Origin: Octopus bimaculoides
Taxonomy: Eukaryota
Length of the DNA: 32,988 bases
Reading direction: 5' to 3'
NCBI RefSeq assembly: GCF_001194135.2
Contig: NC_068996.1
Span: 2,170,457 to 2,203,444 of the forward strand
Made by a program: the position numbers and the translations under genes
Shown here: positions 12,641 through 25,155 of the stretch, in pieces
Layout: every line of letters starts with the position of its first letter
Position numbering within the stretch: position 1 is the stretch's first letter
The notes under the pieces: model-generated
Databases searched by the model: none
Seen by the model: the letters and a program-made list of their open reading frames with translations, nothing else
What the model was told of the DNA's origin: nothing

Positions 12641-13169
12641 AAATGAGTATATGCATATATACGTACAGGTATGTGCATACCGACATCCACCTGTATGTAT
12701 AGGTGCATATCTGGGTACAGGACATTGCAAACAAAACAGAGACGAGAAAACACACAAGCCACATAGAGAACATTCTACTTCATCAGCTACCTCCGTTTTA
12801 ACACCGGCGTTTCGAAGAGCTAGGCAGGACGCATCGTTAAAACAGCTCTTCCCATATATATATATATATATATGCAAATGTATGTATCCGCGTGTGTCCG
12901 TATGTATATCTATGTATTCATACAAGCATGAATACACCTTACTCACTTCATGTATTTCAGTTTCTTAATACATCAACGTCCCTGTGTGCCTTAAAATCTA
13001 CTTTCCATTCTACATCTCTATCATAATTTTTTCCATCCTTTCACACTCCTCTCATTCTTTACTTCTCTCTCCACCTCTTTCACCACTTTTTTTCTCCCTC
13101 TCTCTCCCATTCTCTTTCTCTCTCGCTTTCTCTTTCTCCTTCTCACTCTCTCTCCCCTGCTTTCATTGT

Positions 13170-13270
13170 ATGTCTGCTTATGTATGTATGTATGTATGTA
13201 TGTATGTATATATGTAAGTATGTATGTATGTATGTCTGTACGTATGTATGTATGTATGTATGTATGTATG

Positions 13271-13301
<31 letters not shown>

Positions 13302-13347
13302 TTATTTTTCTATATATCTCTCTCTCTATATATATATATATATATGA

Positions 13348-13385
<38 letters not shown>

Positions 13386-13413
13386 TTATCTATCTATCTA
13401 TCCATCTATCTAT
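13170..13413. repeat. Compound (TATG)n-(TATC)n microsatellite
   Basis: Visible tetranucleotide arrays. Confidence 0.95.
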
Positions 13414-14699
13414 CAGTGCGTTCCTTGTCAAATTTTATATTTATTTTCTATAAAGAGTCAGGAAGTTTTAATGAAAAGTGACGAATCCCGTCCAACATAA
13501 CACTATTAATCTCCCATTGTCTACTGATCTATAAGANNNNNNNNNNNNNNNNNNNNNNNNNNNNNNNNNNNNNNNNNNNNNNNNNNNNNNNNNNNNNNNN
13601 NNNNNNNNNNNNNNNNNNNNNNNNNNNNNNNNNNNNNNNNNNNNNNNNNNNNNNNNNNNNNNNNNNNNNNNNNNNNNNNNNNNNNNNNNNNNNNNNNNNN
13701 NNNNNNNNNNNNNNNNNNNNNNNNNNNNNNNNNNNNNNNNNNNNNNNNNNNNNNNNNNNNNNNNNNNNNNNNNNNNNNNNNNNNNNNNNNNNNNNNNNNN
13801 NNNNNNNNNNNNNNNNNNNNNNNNNNNNNNNNNNNNNNNNNNNNNNNNNNNNNNNNNNNNNNNNNNNNNNNNNNNNNNNNNNNNNNNNNNNNNNNNNNNN
13901 NNNNNNNNNNNNNNNNNNNNNNNNNNNNNNNNNNNNNNNNNNNNNNNNNNNNNNNNNNNNNNNNNNNNNNNNNNNNNNNNNNNNNNNNNNNNNNNNNNNN
14001 NNNNNNNNNNNNNNNNNNNNNNNNNNNNNNNNNNNNNNNNNNNNNNNNNNNNNNNNNNNNNNNNNNNNNNNNNNNNNNNNNNNNNNNNNNNNNNNNNNNN
14101 NNNNNNNNNNNNNNNNNNNNNNNNNNNNNNNNNNNNNNNNNNNNNNNNNNNNNNNNNNNNNNNNNNNNNNNNNNNNNNNNNNNNNNNNNNNNNNNNNNNN
14201 NNNNNAGAGAGAGAGAGAGATGTATAATATGTATGTGTGCGTGTGCGTACGTGTATGTAGATAGCTATCAATACACACACATAAGCATATATATATGCAC
14301 GTGTGTGTGTGTTTGTATATATATAATCGGAACTCATTTTCCAATTGATCAGAGTCTAAGGTTTTTTTTGTTTATTTTTTGCTTTCTTCTTTTGCCTCCT
14401 TTTTTTCCTTTCTTTTATTTTTTTACCTTTTCCTGAAAAATCAATACTATTTCTTCTGTCTCTAGTTTGATTCGTGTTCTGAAAAATGTGTGAATGATTT
14501 ATCGATTATGCTTATAGCTTTCTCTGTTGTCAATCGAAGCCATCTCGAAGTTCACGGTCGAATATTTTTGTCAAATCAAGATGCCTTTTTTTTTTTGCTT
14601 ATGAGTTTTTTTTTTTATTACCTTCTTAGGTTTGTACATGTTTCTTTTCTTCTATATTGGAGAGGATTATATTGATGTTGCTCTCTCTCTGTGATGATT

Positions 14700-14872
14700 C
14701 AAGTGGTGGTGGTGGTGATGACGATGATGATGACGATGATGACGATGATGATGAGGAGGAGGAGGATAACTATGACGACGAAGACGACGATGATAAGACG
14801 GTGAAGGGTGGTTTATTGGCGATGATGATGAACATCATCGTCATCATCTTTCCTCGTAGTCGTCATCATCAC

Positions 14873-14904
<32 letters not shown>

Positions 14905-14967
14905 CCATCATCATCATCACCATCGTCATCATCATCATCATCATCACCATCGTCATCATCACCATCG

Positions 14968-15004
<37 letters not shown>

Positions 15005-15935
15005 TGTCATCATCATCATCGTCATCATCATCATCATCATCATCATCATCNNNNNNNNNNNNNNNNNNNNNNNNNNNNNNNNNNNNNNNNNNNNNNNNNN
15101 NNNNNNNNNNNNNNNNNNNNNNNNNNNNNNNNNNNNNNNNNNNNNNNNNNNNNNNNNNNNNNNNNNNNNNNNNNNNNNNNNNNNNNNNNNNNNNNNNNNN
15201 NNNNNNNNNNNNNNNNNNNNNNNNNNNNNNNNNNNNNNNNNNNNNNNNNNNNNNNNNNNNNNNNNNNNNNNNNNNNNNNNNNNNNNNNNNNNNNNNNNNN
15301 NNNNNNNNNNNNNNNNNNNNNNNNNNNNNNNNNNNNNNNNNNNNNNNNNNNNNNNNNNNNNNNNNNNNNNNNNNNNNNNNNNNNNNNNNNNNNNNNNNNN
15401 NNNNNNNNNNNNNNNNNNNNNNNNNNNNNNNNNNNNNNNNNNNNNNNNNNNNNNNNNNNNNNNNNNNNNNNNNNNNNNNNNNNNNNNNNNNNNNNNNNNN
15501 NNNNNNNNNNNNNNNNNNNNNNNNNNNNNNNNNNNNNNNNNNNNNNNNNNNNNNNNNNNNNNNNNNNNNNNNNNNNNNNNNNNNNNNNNNNNNNNNNNNN
15601 NNNNNNNNNNNNNNNNNNNNNNNNNNNNNNNNNNNNNNNNNNNNNNNNNNNNNNNNNNNNNNNNNNNNNNNNNNNNNNNNNNNNNNNNNNNNNNNNNNNN
15701 NNNNNNNNNNNNNNNNNNNNNNNNNNNNNNNNNNNNNNNNNNNNNNNNNNNNNNNNNNNNNNNNNNNNNNNNNNNNNNNNNNNNNNNNNNNNNNNNNNNN
15801 NNNNNNNNNNNNNNNNNNNNNNNNNNNNNNNNNNNNNNNNNNNNNNNNNNNNNNNNNNNNNNNNCATCACCATCATCATCATCGACATCGTCATCATCAT
15901 CATCGTCATCATCATCATCATCGTCATCATCGTCG

Positions 15936-15970
<35 letters not shown>

Positions 15971-16067
15971 GTCATCATCATCATCATCGTCATCATCATC
16001 ATCATCATCATCTCCACCATCAACATCCTCATCATCGTCATCATCATCATCATCGTCATCATCGTCG

Positions 16068-16103
<36 letters not shown>

Positions 16104-16140
16104 CCATCATCATCATCGACATCGTCATCGCTGTCATTAT
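14700..16140. repeat. (GAT/GAC/GAG) and (CAT)n trinucleotide arrays spanning an 814-N gap
   Basis: Visible arrays; source of the poly-H/I/M/D ORFs. Confidence 0.95.
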
Positions 16141-16382
16141 CGAAGTCTTTCCGTGATCGTTGTCACGTTTATCATTATTATTGTTCTCATTAAGTTAACT
16201 TCCTCAAGATGATAGGAATGATAATGAATATATGATGTTGATACTGGCAGTCATAATCCCGTCATCACTATTAATATCAACATTATGAATATATGTATGC
16301 GTGATGTATGTATGTTATGTATATTTAGAAAATTAGTATTTTTAAATCTCATAACTAGAGATATACAAAAACACTACTTTGG

Positions 16383-16689
16383 AGTAAAGATTTTTTGCCA
16401 ACATAACATCGCAGTCCTGGTTTAGGACTAATGTTGCTGTAATTTAGCCCCAGGAAACATCGTCTCCAGTTGGCTATACGACACAATCTGTGTCCTTATA
16501 TTTTCAAACAAGGGAATCTACCAGACAGAGATTGTTTTGAGCTGAGTGGGGGTAATAGGTTCCCTGGTTCAAAAATATAAGGACACAGATCGTGTCTTAC
16601 AGCCAGCTGTAGACGATGTCTCCTGAGGCTAAGTTACAGCAACATTTGTCCTAAACCAGGACTGCCATGTTATGTTGGCAATCTTTACT
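16383..16689. mobile_element. Foldback / MITE-like element with ~135-bp inverted arms
   Basis: 16383-16520 vs reverse complement of 16556-16689: about 14 mismatches in 134 aligned nt plus a 4-T indel (manual count); 35-nt spacer. No clear TSD seen. Confidence 0.9.
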
Positions 16690-16719
16690 ATTATGTATAT
16701 ACGTTATGTATGTATGCTA

Positions 16720-16789
16720 TGTATGTATGTCTGTTTGTACGTACGTATGAATGTATGCATGTGTGTGTGTTTCTATGTATGTATGTATG

Positions 16790-16820
<31 letters not shown>

Positions 16821-16833
16821 GTATGTATGTATG

Positions 16834-16872
<39 letters not shown>

Positions 16873-16875
16873 GTA
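16720..16875. repeat. (TATG)n microsatellite
   Basis: Visible array. Confidence 0.95.
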
Positions 16876-17190
16876 CAAGTATCTACAAGTCCCTCCATAG
16901 GGGTTGAACGACGCATTTCCTGTTTACTCGCTCACGATGTCACTGACTGTACTGAGTGAAGTTAACTACCCTGATAACAAATGTAGTCTCTTAAAAATAT
17001 ACAAGGCAAAGAGAAATACAATTATAATTTTGTACGTGACAGTAGAAAAAGCCGGACATAGAAAAGGAAAGTCGAAGAAAAAAAATTAAAGAAAACAAAA
17101 TAGACAAAATAGAAAACGAGAAACGGATAATTATTAGCGGGGCACAAAAAGTTTATCGCTATAATATATCGAAAAGTATACACAAACTTA

Positions 17191-18077
17191 CTTGATCTGA
17201 TCAATAAGTATCAGCACTGTTGGCATAGTAACGAAGCTAAAGCACATAGAATAAAGCCACTTGGCACAGATTGACTTTCAACTCTGCTCTACATGTGCAC
17301 TACGTTTTAACGTTCTAGCTTACTTCCATTGTTTACAGTAGTGTATGGAATGAATGTGCGTAGCATGTGATCATCGCATTGACTTTGACAGAGAAGGTTG
17401 AGCGGAGAATCTGCATCAAGTTTTGCCAAAAGCTTGGCGATACCTGTTCAGAGTCCTACGCAAAGTTTACATCGTTCTCGACACAATCAAGGAAACCTTG
17501 TGCAAATGAAACCTGGGTGACTTTTGGTTTGCTGAAAGCAATGTTGCCTCAAACTAGACAGACGCCAAATATTCAGTGACACCCAAATATTCCGTGATAA
17601 TGGACTGAATTGATCCGTAAATAATCTGCACATCCTCTGATAACTCACGGATGGTGATTCGACGAATTCTCCTCACAGGTGCTCGCACATCTGCAATATT
17701 TTTCTTAGTTCTGCTCGTTGCGGGTCACCCAGAACGTTCGTCAATATCGACATTTTCGGCCATCTTAAAAATATCTGAACCACTTGCTCACTTTTGTTCG
17801 GCTCATATATTTCTCTCCAAACACTTTCTCCACCTTTGTATAGGCCTCTGAGCAGGTATCGCCATGACAACTTTCTCTGTCATGGTCAAATCAATGATCA
17901 CACGGTACACACCTTCCTTCCAAGCACTGCTGTAAACAGCGGAAGTAAGTTAGAATGTTAATACTTAGTGCACATGCACAGCAGAGTTCAAGGTAAATCT
18001 GTGCCAAGCAGCTTTACTCTGTGTACTTTAGCTTTGTCACTATGGCAGTATTCATGATACTTATTGGTCAGACCTCG
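17191..18077. mobile_element. Non-autonomous mariner derivative made of two inverted 5' ends, TA-flanked
   Basis: Plus strand 17191-17468: TIR/5'UTR then TEKVERRICIKFCQKLGDTCSESYAKF (mariner N-terminus). Minus strand 18077-17462: same TIR/5'UTR (about 80% identical by eye), then ..RITIRELSEDVQIIYGSIQSIITEYLG..QVSFAQGFLDCVENDVNF. TA at 17189-17190 and 18078-18079. Confidence 0.85.
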
Positions 18078-19084
18078 TACATCAACAAAAGTGGTTCGTG
18101 ATCTTTTGTCTAATTTTGACTGACCGAAATAGTATGCAGGATTGTCTCCAATTTCCAAGTGAGATGTCCTTAACAGAACTGTTTTTTTTTTCATTTTGGC
18201 AGCGTTCAATAGAATGATGAGAGTGGGGAAGTTAGGGAGAAGCGCTGAAAATATTCAAATATTATTCAAAATATATGAAGGAAATTCCAAAATCTTACAC
18301 TGACTTATGGCTTCTATAAAATCTGTTATAGGAACTTTGGAGTGATGATGTTTCAGAATTTGTATATTGCCAGGATTTGTTAAGTTCAATAGATTCATCA
18401 ATATTCACTTCGTTGAGGACGATGATATCTATTTTGATATGAGTCATAAACTCATAACCAGATTTACTACGTAGAGAGTAGCAGGCTACGAAGGGATCTC
18501 TAGAAACGTAAAACATACGGAGTTCCTAATAGCAGGCTGGTCATCTCCTACAGTCTCTAATATACACCAGATACTTGTATCTATCATAACGGAGGAAAAT
18601 ATCCGAACGTGGTTGCAGCTGATACTAGAAAACAGCAATGATGTAAAAATAATATTACTACATCATATAGCAAAAATAAATTGAAATAAAATGGAAGATA
18701 GCGCGATTGAGAAATAAAGAAAATGTTTTTTGCCGCCACTTATACAGTCTTCTATTGTTGTTTTTGGCATTTATTAGTCTGATATGGATAAAACAGGTGC
18801 CAGATGTAAAAAGCAACATCCTTAAATGTCAAGCAATATATTTGCGTACAACTGTCTGGATTTAGAATTTTTACTTAAAAATATACATTGCAATCTTGCA
18901 TAGGATTCTTGCAACTGCATCAAGCAGAACAAATAACTAATGATTTTCTAGAATTCTTTAAATTGCCATTTGAAAAAAAATTTGCCATACACAACGCACA
19001 AACATTGATACATTTATACTAAAAGAGACATACGTGCGCAGGATGCATACATAGTAGAAGCACAAACCTGCAAAGATATATACT

Positions 19085-19102
19085 CATATACATGTATATA
19101 TG

Positions 19103-19134
<32 letters not shown>

Positions 19135-19178
19135 CATACGCACACATGCATGCATACATACATACATACATTAAATAG

Positions 19179-19220
<42 letters not shown>
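19085..19220. repeat. (CATA)n/(TA)n microsatellite abutting a gap
   Basis: Visible arrays. Confidence 0.93.
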
Positions 19221-19645
19221 NNNNNNNNNNNNNNNNNNNNNNNNNNNNNNNNNNNNNNNNNNNNNNNNNNNNNNNNNNNNNNNNNNNNNNNNNNNNNNNN
19301 NNNNNNNNNNNNNNNNNNNNNNNNNNNNNNNNNNNNNNNNNNNNNNNNNNNNNNNNNNNNNNNNNNNNNNNNNNNNNNNNNNNNNNNNNNNNNNNNNNNN
19401 NNNNNNNNNNNNNNNNNNNNNNNNNNNNNNNNNNNNNNNNNNNNNNNNNNNNNNNNNNNNNNNNNNNNNNNNNNNNNNNNNNNNNNNNNNNNNNNNNNNN
19501 NNNNNNNNNNNNNNNNNNNNNNNNNNNNNNNNNNNNNNNNNNNNNNNNNGGGGGGGGGGGCACATACGCCATAGAAACCGGGAAACCGGACCTATGAGCC
19601 TAGCTAGGCTTTAAAAGGGTGCATAAATAAATAAAAAACTATATG

Positions 19646-19748
19646 ATTGCGTATGTATGTATGTGTGTATGTGTGTGTATGTATGTATGTATGTATGTAT
19701 GTATGTGTATGTGTGTGTGTGTATGTATGTATGTATGTATGTATGTAC
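19646..19748. repeat. (TATG)/(TG) microsatellite
   Basis: Visible array. Confidence 0.93.
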
Positions 19749-20019
19749 AGAATCGTAAATTCGGAACTTAAGTACCACTCGAGAAGATTCAGGTTCAATA
19801 AAATATTGTTTCATTAATTCATATGTTGATTAGTATAGGATTTGACATATATTAAGTCCACGACTACATGATCGGGTCGTCGGCAAGTAAATTGGCTATG
19901 CCATCAAGCTTGCTTGATGAGGAGAATGAATTTTGGATAAAAAGGGCGGAGAAGCTCATGAGCAGTGAACGACCACCCAACAATATGTGTACATGCGTAT
20001 GTATGTATGCATGTATGTA

Positions 20020-20160
20020 TGTGCGGGGAGGTGGAAATGCATGGTTTGGTGTCCAGAGGCGCGGTTGGCTCACTGTGAGTGGGAGGCCCCTCTGTTGTTA
20101 TCGCATCATCTCTCTTGGAGAGGGAAACTTTGAGAGAAAACCTGCAACACTGACAATATT
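20020..20160 (+). mobile_element. Possible RTE-like LINE 5' region remnant
   Basis: GC-richer island with cttggagagggaaactttgagagaaaacc, which resembles the ggagaaggaaaactc..aaacc motif I recall from RTE 5' regions. No protein motif. Confidence 0.25.
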
Positions 20161-20624
20161 CGATGATGTAGACTAGTTTATTTTGTCCATGTTCAGAGAG
20201 AGGAACTCGATAAGTGCAAATCCTTTCCCCCACTACAAAACATCATCATGCACAGGTATCACTTGAAAAAAGTAAGACTTACCCTAAAAAGGGCTGGTCG
20301 TAGCTTTCGCAGGTATAATGGCAATACTTGAAAATGAGTTTGCAGCCATCATATATAGATAAAGCGGTATTTGGGAAAAGTTGTTGTTCGGAAAAGTCGT
20401 TATACATGTGAGCTACTAATTTTCCCAACTACTGCCCTTTTTATAAATGTCCTGGAGAAGAAGTTTTCACCTCGAAATATAGAAACACAAGTTAAAACTA
20501 CTACTTTGTTCTGTTTTCTTTTTTTTATTTTTGTTGCTTACTTTGTAACTTCTCACATTGCTCTGCATTACACAGCAACCTTTTTTTAAAAGTCATACCA
20601 CACTTCTTCACCAAAATAATCTCG

Positions 20625-20626
<2 letters not shown>

Positions 20627-20707
<81 letters not shown>
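20627..20707. repeat. (TG)n microsatellite
   Basis: About 40 perfect units. Confidence 0.98.
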
Positions 20708-20708
<1 letters not shown>

Positions 20709-20717
20709 AACTATATA

Positions 20718-22281
20718 CAGGGTACAGTGAATAAATTGTCTAAATCATGCAACAATGAAAATAACACTGACATCTCATTTTAACAGATATATTTACCAAA
20801 ATTACATAAAACTATCTTGAAATATTAAAGAGTAAATTTATTCAATAAAATCGCCATTGGCTTCTACCACGGTCTCTAGACGACATGAGAATCTCCTGCG
20901 TCTCTTCTCGACGGTCTCTTTGTTTAAGTTGGTGAATTCATCCATAATCCTTGGCTTCATTTCATCTTTGGTGTTACAAGGAGTTTTGTTGGTCTCTTTC
21001 TCAACTGCGCCCAACACATAATAATCAAGTGAGTTGCAATCTGGGGAGTTAGGTGTCCATATCTTAAGGGTGATGTAGTCGTAGACATTGGGTTAAATTG
21101 TTGGAAAGATTAAATTGTTGGAAAAAGTCCTAACATCGGGCTACTACTAACCTAAAAATCGAGGTTGGCTTCAACTACGGTCTCCAGATGACTGAGGAAT
21201 CTTCTGCAAACTCTTCCGGACGGTATCCTTGTTTAAGATTGTGAAGGCTGCCATAATCCTTGCCTTCAGTTAATCTTTGTTGTTACAAGGAGTATTGTTG
21301 GCCTTTCGGCCAACTGCGCTCTCCTCATAATAATCAAGGAGGTTGTAACTGGGGAGTTAGGTGGCTAGATGTTAGGAATGATATGGTCACAGAAATTGTC
21401 TGACAGCAATGAATGGGTTATCTCGATAGTGTAGCATGTGCAGAGTCCTGTTCCCACAGAGTCTTCTAACAGCTACCCTCTTGCCCCAGGGCAGCACTAT
21501 CTCCTCAGTGCACTTGATATAGGCCTCCATGTTGAGTCTGAATCTGTGTGGGTAGACGAATGGAGGCATAACTTCGCCATCACAAGTGATCACTCCAAAC
21601 ACCATGATGATGACTGGATGTTTGATTTACATCACTCTCAGTATATGTTTTGGGGACGCGGCACGCCAACGGTTATTCTGTGTGTTCACCATCTGATCCT
21701 GCCAGAATTTTTTCTCGTCTGAGAAAAATCCAAGGCATGTTTGGTTGAAGGGAATGCTTGAGTTTGTTCAAAAGCTTTGTAGCGCAGTCTTTCCTCTTGT
21801 CCTTGATGGCATTGGATACAAATTGGCCCTTTCTCATCTTGTATGAGGAATAACGAATGTCTTCATGCACTACCTGCCTGATAAGAAAATCAGACACACC
21901 CATGTCCCTGCCGATGGTCCTGATTGACATCGATCGCTCTCAGTTTTGGCCTGGATCTTACCAACAAATTCAGTTCTTTTCGTATCAGAACGACTCGAGT
22001 GATCACCATTAGACGCATTCAACTCTTTCTGTATCCTCTGCACTGTCCTCGGATTGACACTCAAACACTCTGAAATGTTCTAGTGAAAATGCCAACAAGT
22101 ACAGCATGTCGTTTCCAAATTTCTGGCAGAGTGAATTGCATCATGGTGGTGCTGTTTTCCTCATAGACGGTGTCTGTCCAGCTGACCCTATTACACTGTG
22201 TAGTCGGCAAAAATAAAAAAATACAATGTGCATGCGTGAAATTGAAGTGTAAAATAGTTACAATATACTCAACGCACCCTG
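20718..22281 (-). mobile_element. Decayed Tc1/mariner-superfamily transposon, maT (DD37D)-like, with duplicated C-terminal segment
   Basis: Ends TA|cagggtacagtgaataaattgt and its approximate inverse ending caccctg|TA. Minus-strand transposase from about 22144 (MMQFTLPEIWKRHAVLVGI), then SIRTIGRDMGVSDFLIRQVVHEDI, FSDEK-like D1, MVFGVITCDG, QDSA D2 and NSPDCNSLDYY..EANGDFIE*. D2 to D3 is 109 nt, i.e. 37 codons less two 1-nt losses. Confidence 0.88.
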
Positions 22282-22305
22282 TACATATATAAATATATAT
22301 GTGGT

Positions 22306-22416
22306 GGGCGTCTTTCAGTTTCTGCCTACTAAACTCTAGGTGTCACGCAGTCGGACTGAACTCGGAACTATGTAGTTGGGAAGCAAACTTCTTACCGCAC
22401 AGCCATGCTTGCGCCT
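22306..22416 (-). mobile_element. SINE family A, 5' fragment
   Basis: Reverse complement aggcgcaagcatggctgtgcggtaagaag..ttccgagttcagtccgactgcgtgacacc..gaaactgaaagacgccc matches the 5938 head with an internal deletion. Confidence 0.85.
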
Positions 22417-22435
22417 ATATACATACATGCATACA

Positions 22436-22473
<38 letters not shown>

Positions 22474-23502
22474 TAATATAAACACTGGATTGTTGCATAT
22501 ATATANNNNNNNNNNTATATATATGTACATGTATGTATGTATTGATGTCTATGTATATATTTAAGCAGCCCTACGTGAGTATATCTTTAAATTCTTACTA
22601 TGAGATTAACACGTTAACACAGAAGTGTGCGAGATGGATTATTATAATTCATGTTCGATAATATTACAAGAGGACCGCGTCTGATAGAAATAAGTGCAAT
22701 CCTTTTAAGTGCAACTTTTGATCCTTATGTATTAATAGGTCCGCGTTCTTAGATTTCATTTATTATTTTTATATTTATTTCTTTTTTTCTTCTTTTTTTT
22801 ATACATTCTCATATACGTGTGTTTCTATCTGTGGTTGTTATATGCGTGTATATGCTCATATATCTGATTTATAAAACAAATTATACCCTTGAAAATTATA
22901 CAAAATTCAGGAAGAAGGAAAACTCAGTTTTATAATCCTTTTAAGATTTTATTTTCGTTGGTATGTGTCTCTGTGAGTCTGTATGTGTGCGTGGGGAGTG
23001 GGGGTAAGCGTCTAGGCTTGGAAAGTTTAACAAACGGAAAAGTACTAAATTAAATAATGAGTTGTCATTGATAATTCTACTTGAAATAGCAGGCAAATAT
23101 TCCTCAAATGGCATCGTACATCACTCGAAAAGGAATTCAATACATAGCATACTTTCTGATACAAGATGACATACATATAAATGGAACATTTTTGTTCACA
23201 TATCTGCTAGATCAGAGCAGTGTTGTGTAAAAATACAGCTACATCAAAAAATATGAAAATCATGCCAGTACTTTCCTTAATCAAGAATGAATTTGTTTTT
23301 TAATATGGCTTGGTTTTTTTTATACATAACCTGCTTATTTATGCTCCTTGGATACTTAAATCGATCGATCGAATGAAGACACAGAGATATGTTCAAAAAA
23401 GGGGCAGACATGAAGACAGACACTCAAACACGCCGATCGATAGACAGGCTGACCAATAGAAGACTAACGAACACTTACACACATACATACATACATACAT
23501 GC

Positions 23503-23506
<4 letters not shown>

Positions 23507-23549
<43 letters not shown>
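23507..23549. repeat. (AG)n microsatellite
   Basis: Visible array directly abutting the left inverted end at 23552. Confidence 0.97.
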
Positions 23550-23551
<2 letters not shown>

Positions 23552-24019
23552 TAATAGTGAGGGATTATCAATCCGGGCAAAATACTTCATTGGGTTTCTA
23601 TTGGCACTTCAAGCTAACAATATTACTTAGATTAGTGACGATCCACAAGTATTCTTATGGAAGAGTCCAATGGTATGGTTCATCACAATTCTATATTATA
23701 AATCCATGGATGGGCTCCAGACAAACTGGATTTTACACAGAGTGGTATACAAGTAAAGTTTAAAATAATGGTCACTACTTATTTTTCCTTTATTGCAGCA
23801 ATTTTGGGTTACAGATGTTATAAGCAGAAATGGATCTGATGAAAATGGCATTAATTTTCTTAGGTCGTTCAATATTACTCAATTGATAAATAGACCAATA
23901 GAGTAAACCTATCAGTAATGTACCTATAATGACTACTGGAAACAGCTATAAGCTAAATTTGCTCCAATAAAGGAAAAATATGTAAAGGCCGTTATTTTGA
24001 ACTTGTTTTTTATATATAG

Positions 24020-24057
24020 GTGCAGGAGAGGCTGTGTGGTAAGTAGCTTGCTTACTC
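24020..24057 (+). mobile_element. SINE family A head, truncated
   Basis: ggtgcaggagaggctgtgtggtaagtagcttgcttact matches the first ~38 nt of the SINE, then the match stops. Confidence 0.75.
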
Positions 24058-24165
24058 AAGAAGCTTACTTCCGGTTAGTGCGCATGCGTTGATTCAGTTG
24101 CTGGGTTGTTTTTTTTTTGACAGTCGGACAGCATTTTTGTGCTGCTTGGCAGCGGTTTAGAGGAA

Positions 24166-25155
24166 ATGTATTCAGACGTTAGCGGACCTGAATTTTCTTC
24201 AGCGGAGGAGGAGCTGGTGAAGGCGGTGATAAGAATGGACAGAATGTTGGAGAAAACAAAAAGTTTTTCTGGGGTGGCGAAGGTAAAGAAGAAGAATGTA
24301 GACCTGGCTGGATTAAAGGAATATGGAAAAATTACGCAGAAGATGGGGTGGCGACGTGAAGTTGTCGCCGCCTAAAAGGATCATGGAGCAAATGGAGAGG
24401 AAAACCATCACCTATAGGGTGCACTCGCTGAAGAACAAAAAGGCTGAACAGGTAAAAACGGAAATAATAGAAAAAGTGCTAAGGAAACAATCGAAACAAA
24501 TAATGTACATAACCAAGGGATGTAAATACGGGACAGTGGTCGTCCACTTTCGGACAGTGGAGGAAGCGAGGAGGCTGGCGAGTGTGGCGGCGAGGACGGA
24601 AGAGGTGGTGCTTCTCCCCACATATCTTGGAAGGAAGACTTCCAAGGTAAGGGTGGAAGCAATCCCACCTGATATAGAAGTGGCTTGGGTCGCGGCAGCC
24701 GTCCTCATTGGAAGTGAGGAGGGGGTGACTGTCCTCTAAGCCACGGAAACGGAAGAAGGAGGATGGCGAGGAAAATCACTGGATCTCATCCTGCAGGCAG
24801 ATGAGAAGCAGCTAGAGAGTCTGGCGGAGACAGTGACGTTGGGAGAAATTGTGTTAAGAGTATGAGTGGAAGGCAGAGTCCCACGTTGTTGTAAATGCAG
24901 TCAAAGGCCCACATTAGCGCACACTGCCCTCTAGAAAAGAAAACAATAGAGGAAGCAACAGACGGACCAGTTGTGGAGACGGTGGAGAAAAGAGAGGAAG
25001 AAAAGAAAGACGGGGGAAAGGAGGAAGAATGGACAGTAGCAGAGAGTAGAAGGAAGAAGAAGAAGAAGAAGAAAAGAAAGAGCACTGAGTGTGATGTGGT
25101 ACCCCAGTCCAACACCATCGCTCCCATGCCAACTCAGACTTCTTCACTAATCTAA
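24166..25155 (+). pseudogene. LINE ORF1 (gag-like) pseudogene with RRM-like fold and CCHC zinc knuckle; ORF2 absent
   Basis: Reconstructed reading: MYSDVSGPEFSS.. / ..GTVVVHFRTVEEARRL..KVRVEAIPPDI..*..RVPRCCKCSQ/(G)HISAHCP (CX2CX4HX4C at 24887-24927, broken by a 1-nt frameshift), then EEWTVAESRRKKKKK. In-frame stops at 24737 and 24863; another frameshift near 24345. Confidence 0.72.

Noticed and set aside
12770-12853. Minus-strand cgaaacg and ctgatga motifs with hairpins, suggesting a hammerhead
   Set aside because: Stem II closing pair and NUH site do not fit (GUG at the cleavage position) and stem I is weak. At most a decayed retroelement UTR.
23799-23890. Strong acceptor tttttcctttattgcag followed by short open frames (QFWVTDVISRNG.. 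or ILGYRCYKQKWI*)
   Set aside because: No good donor, lies inside the TIR-bounded element and has no recognisable homology. Not supportable without RNA data.
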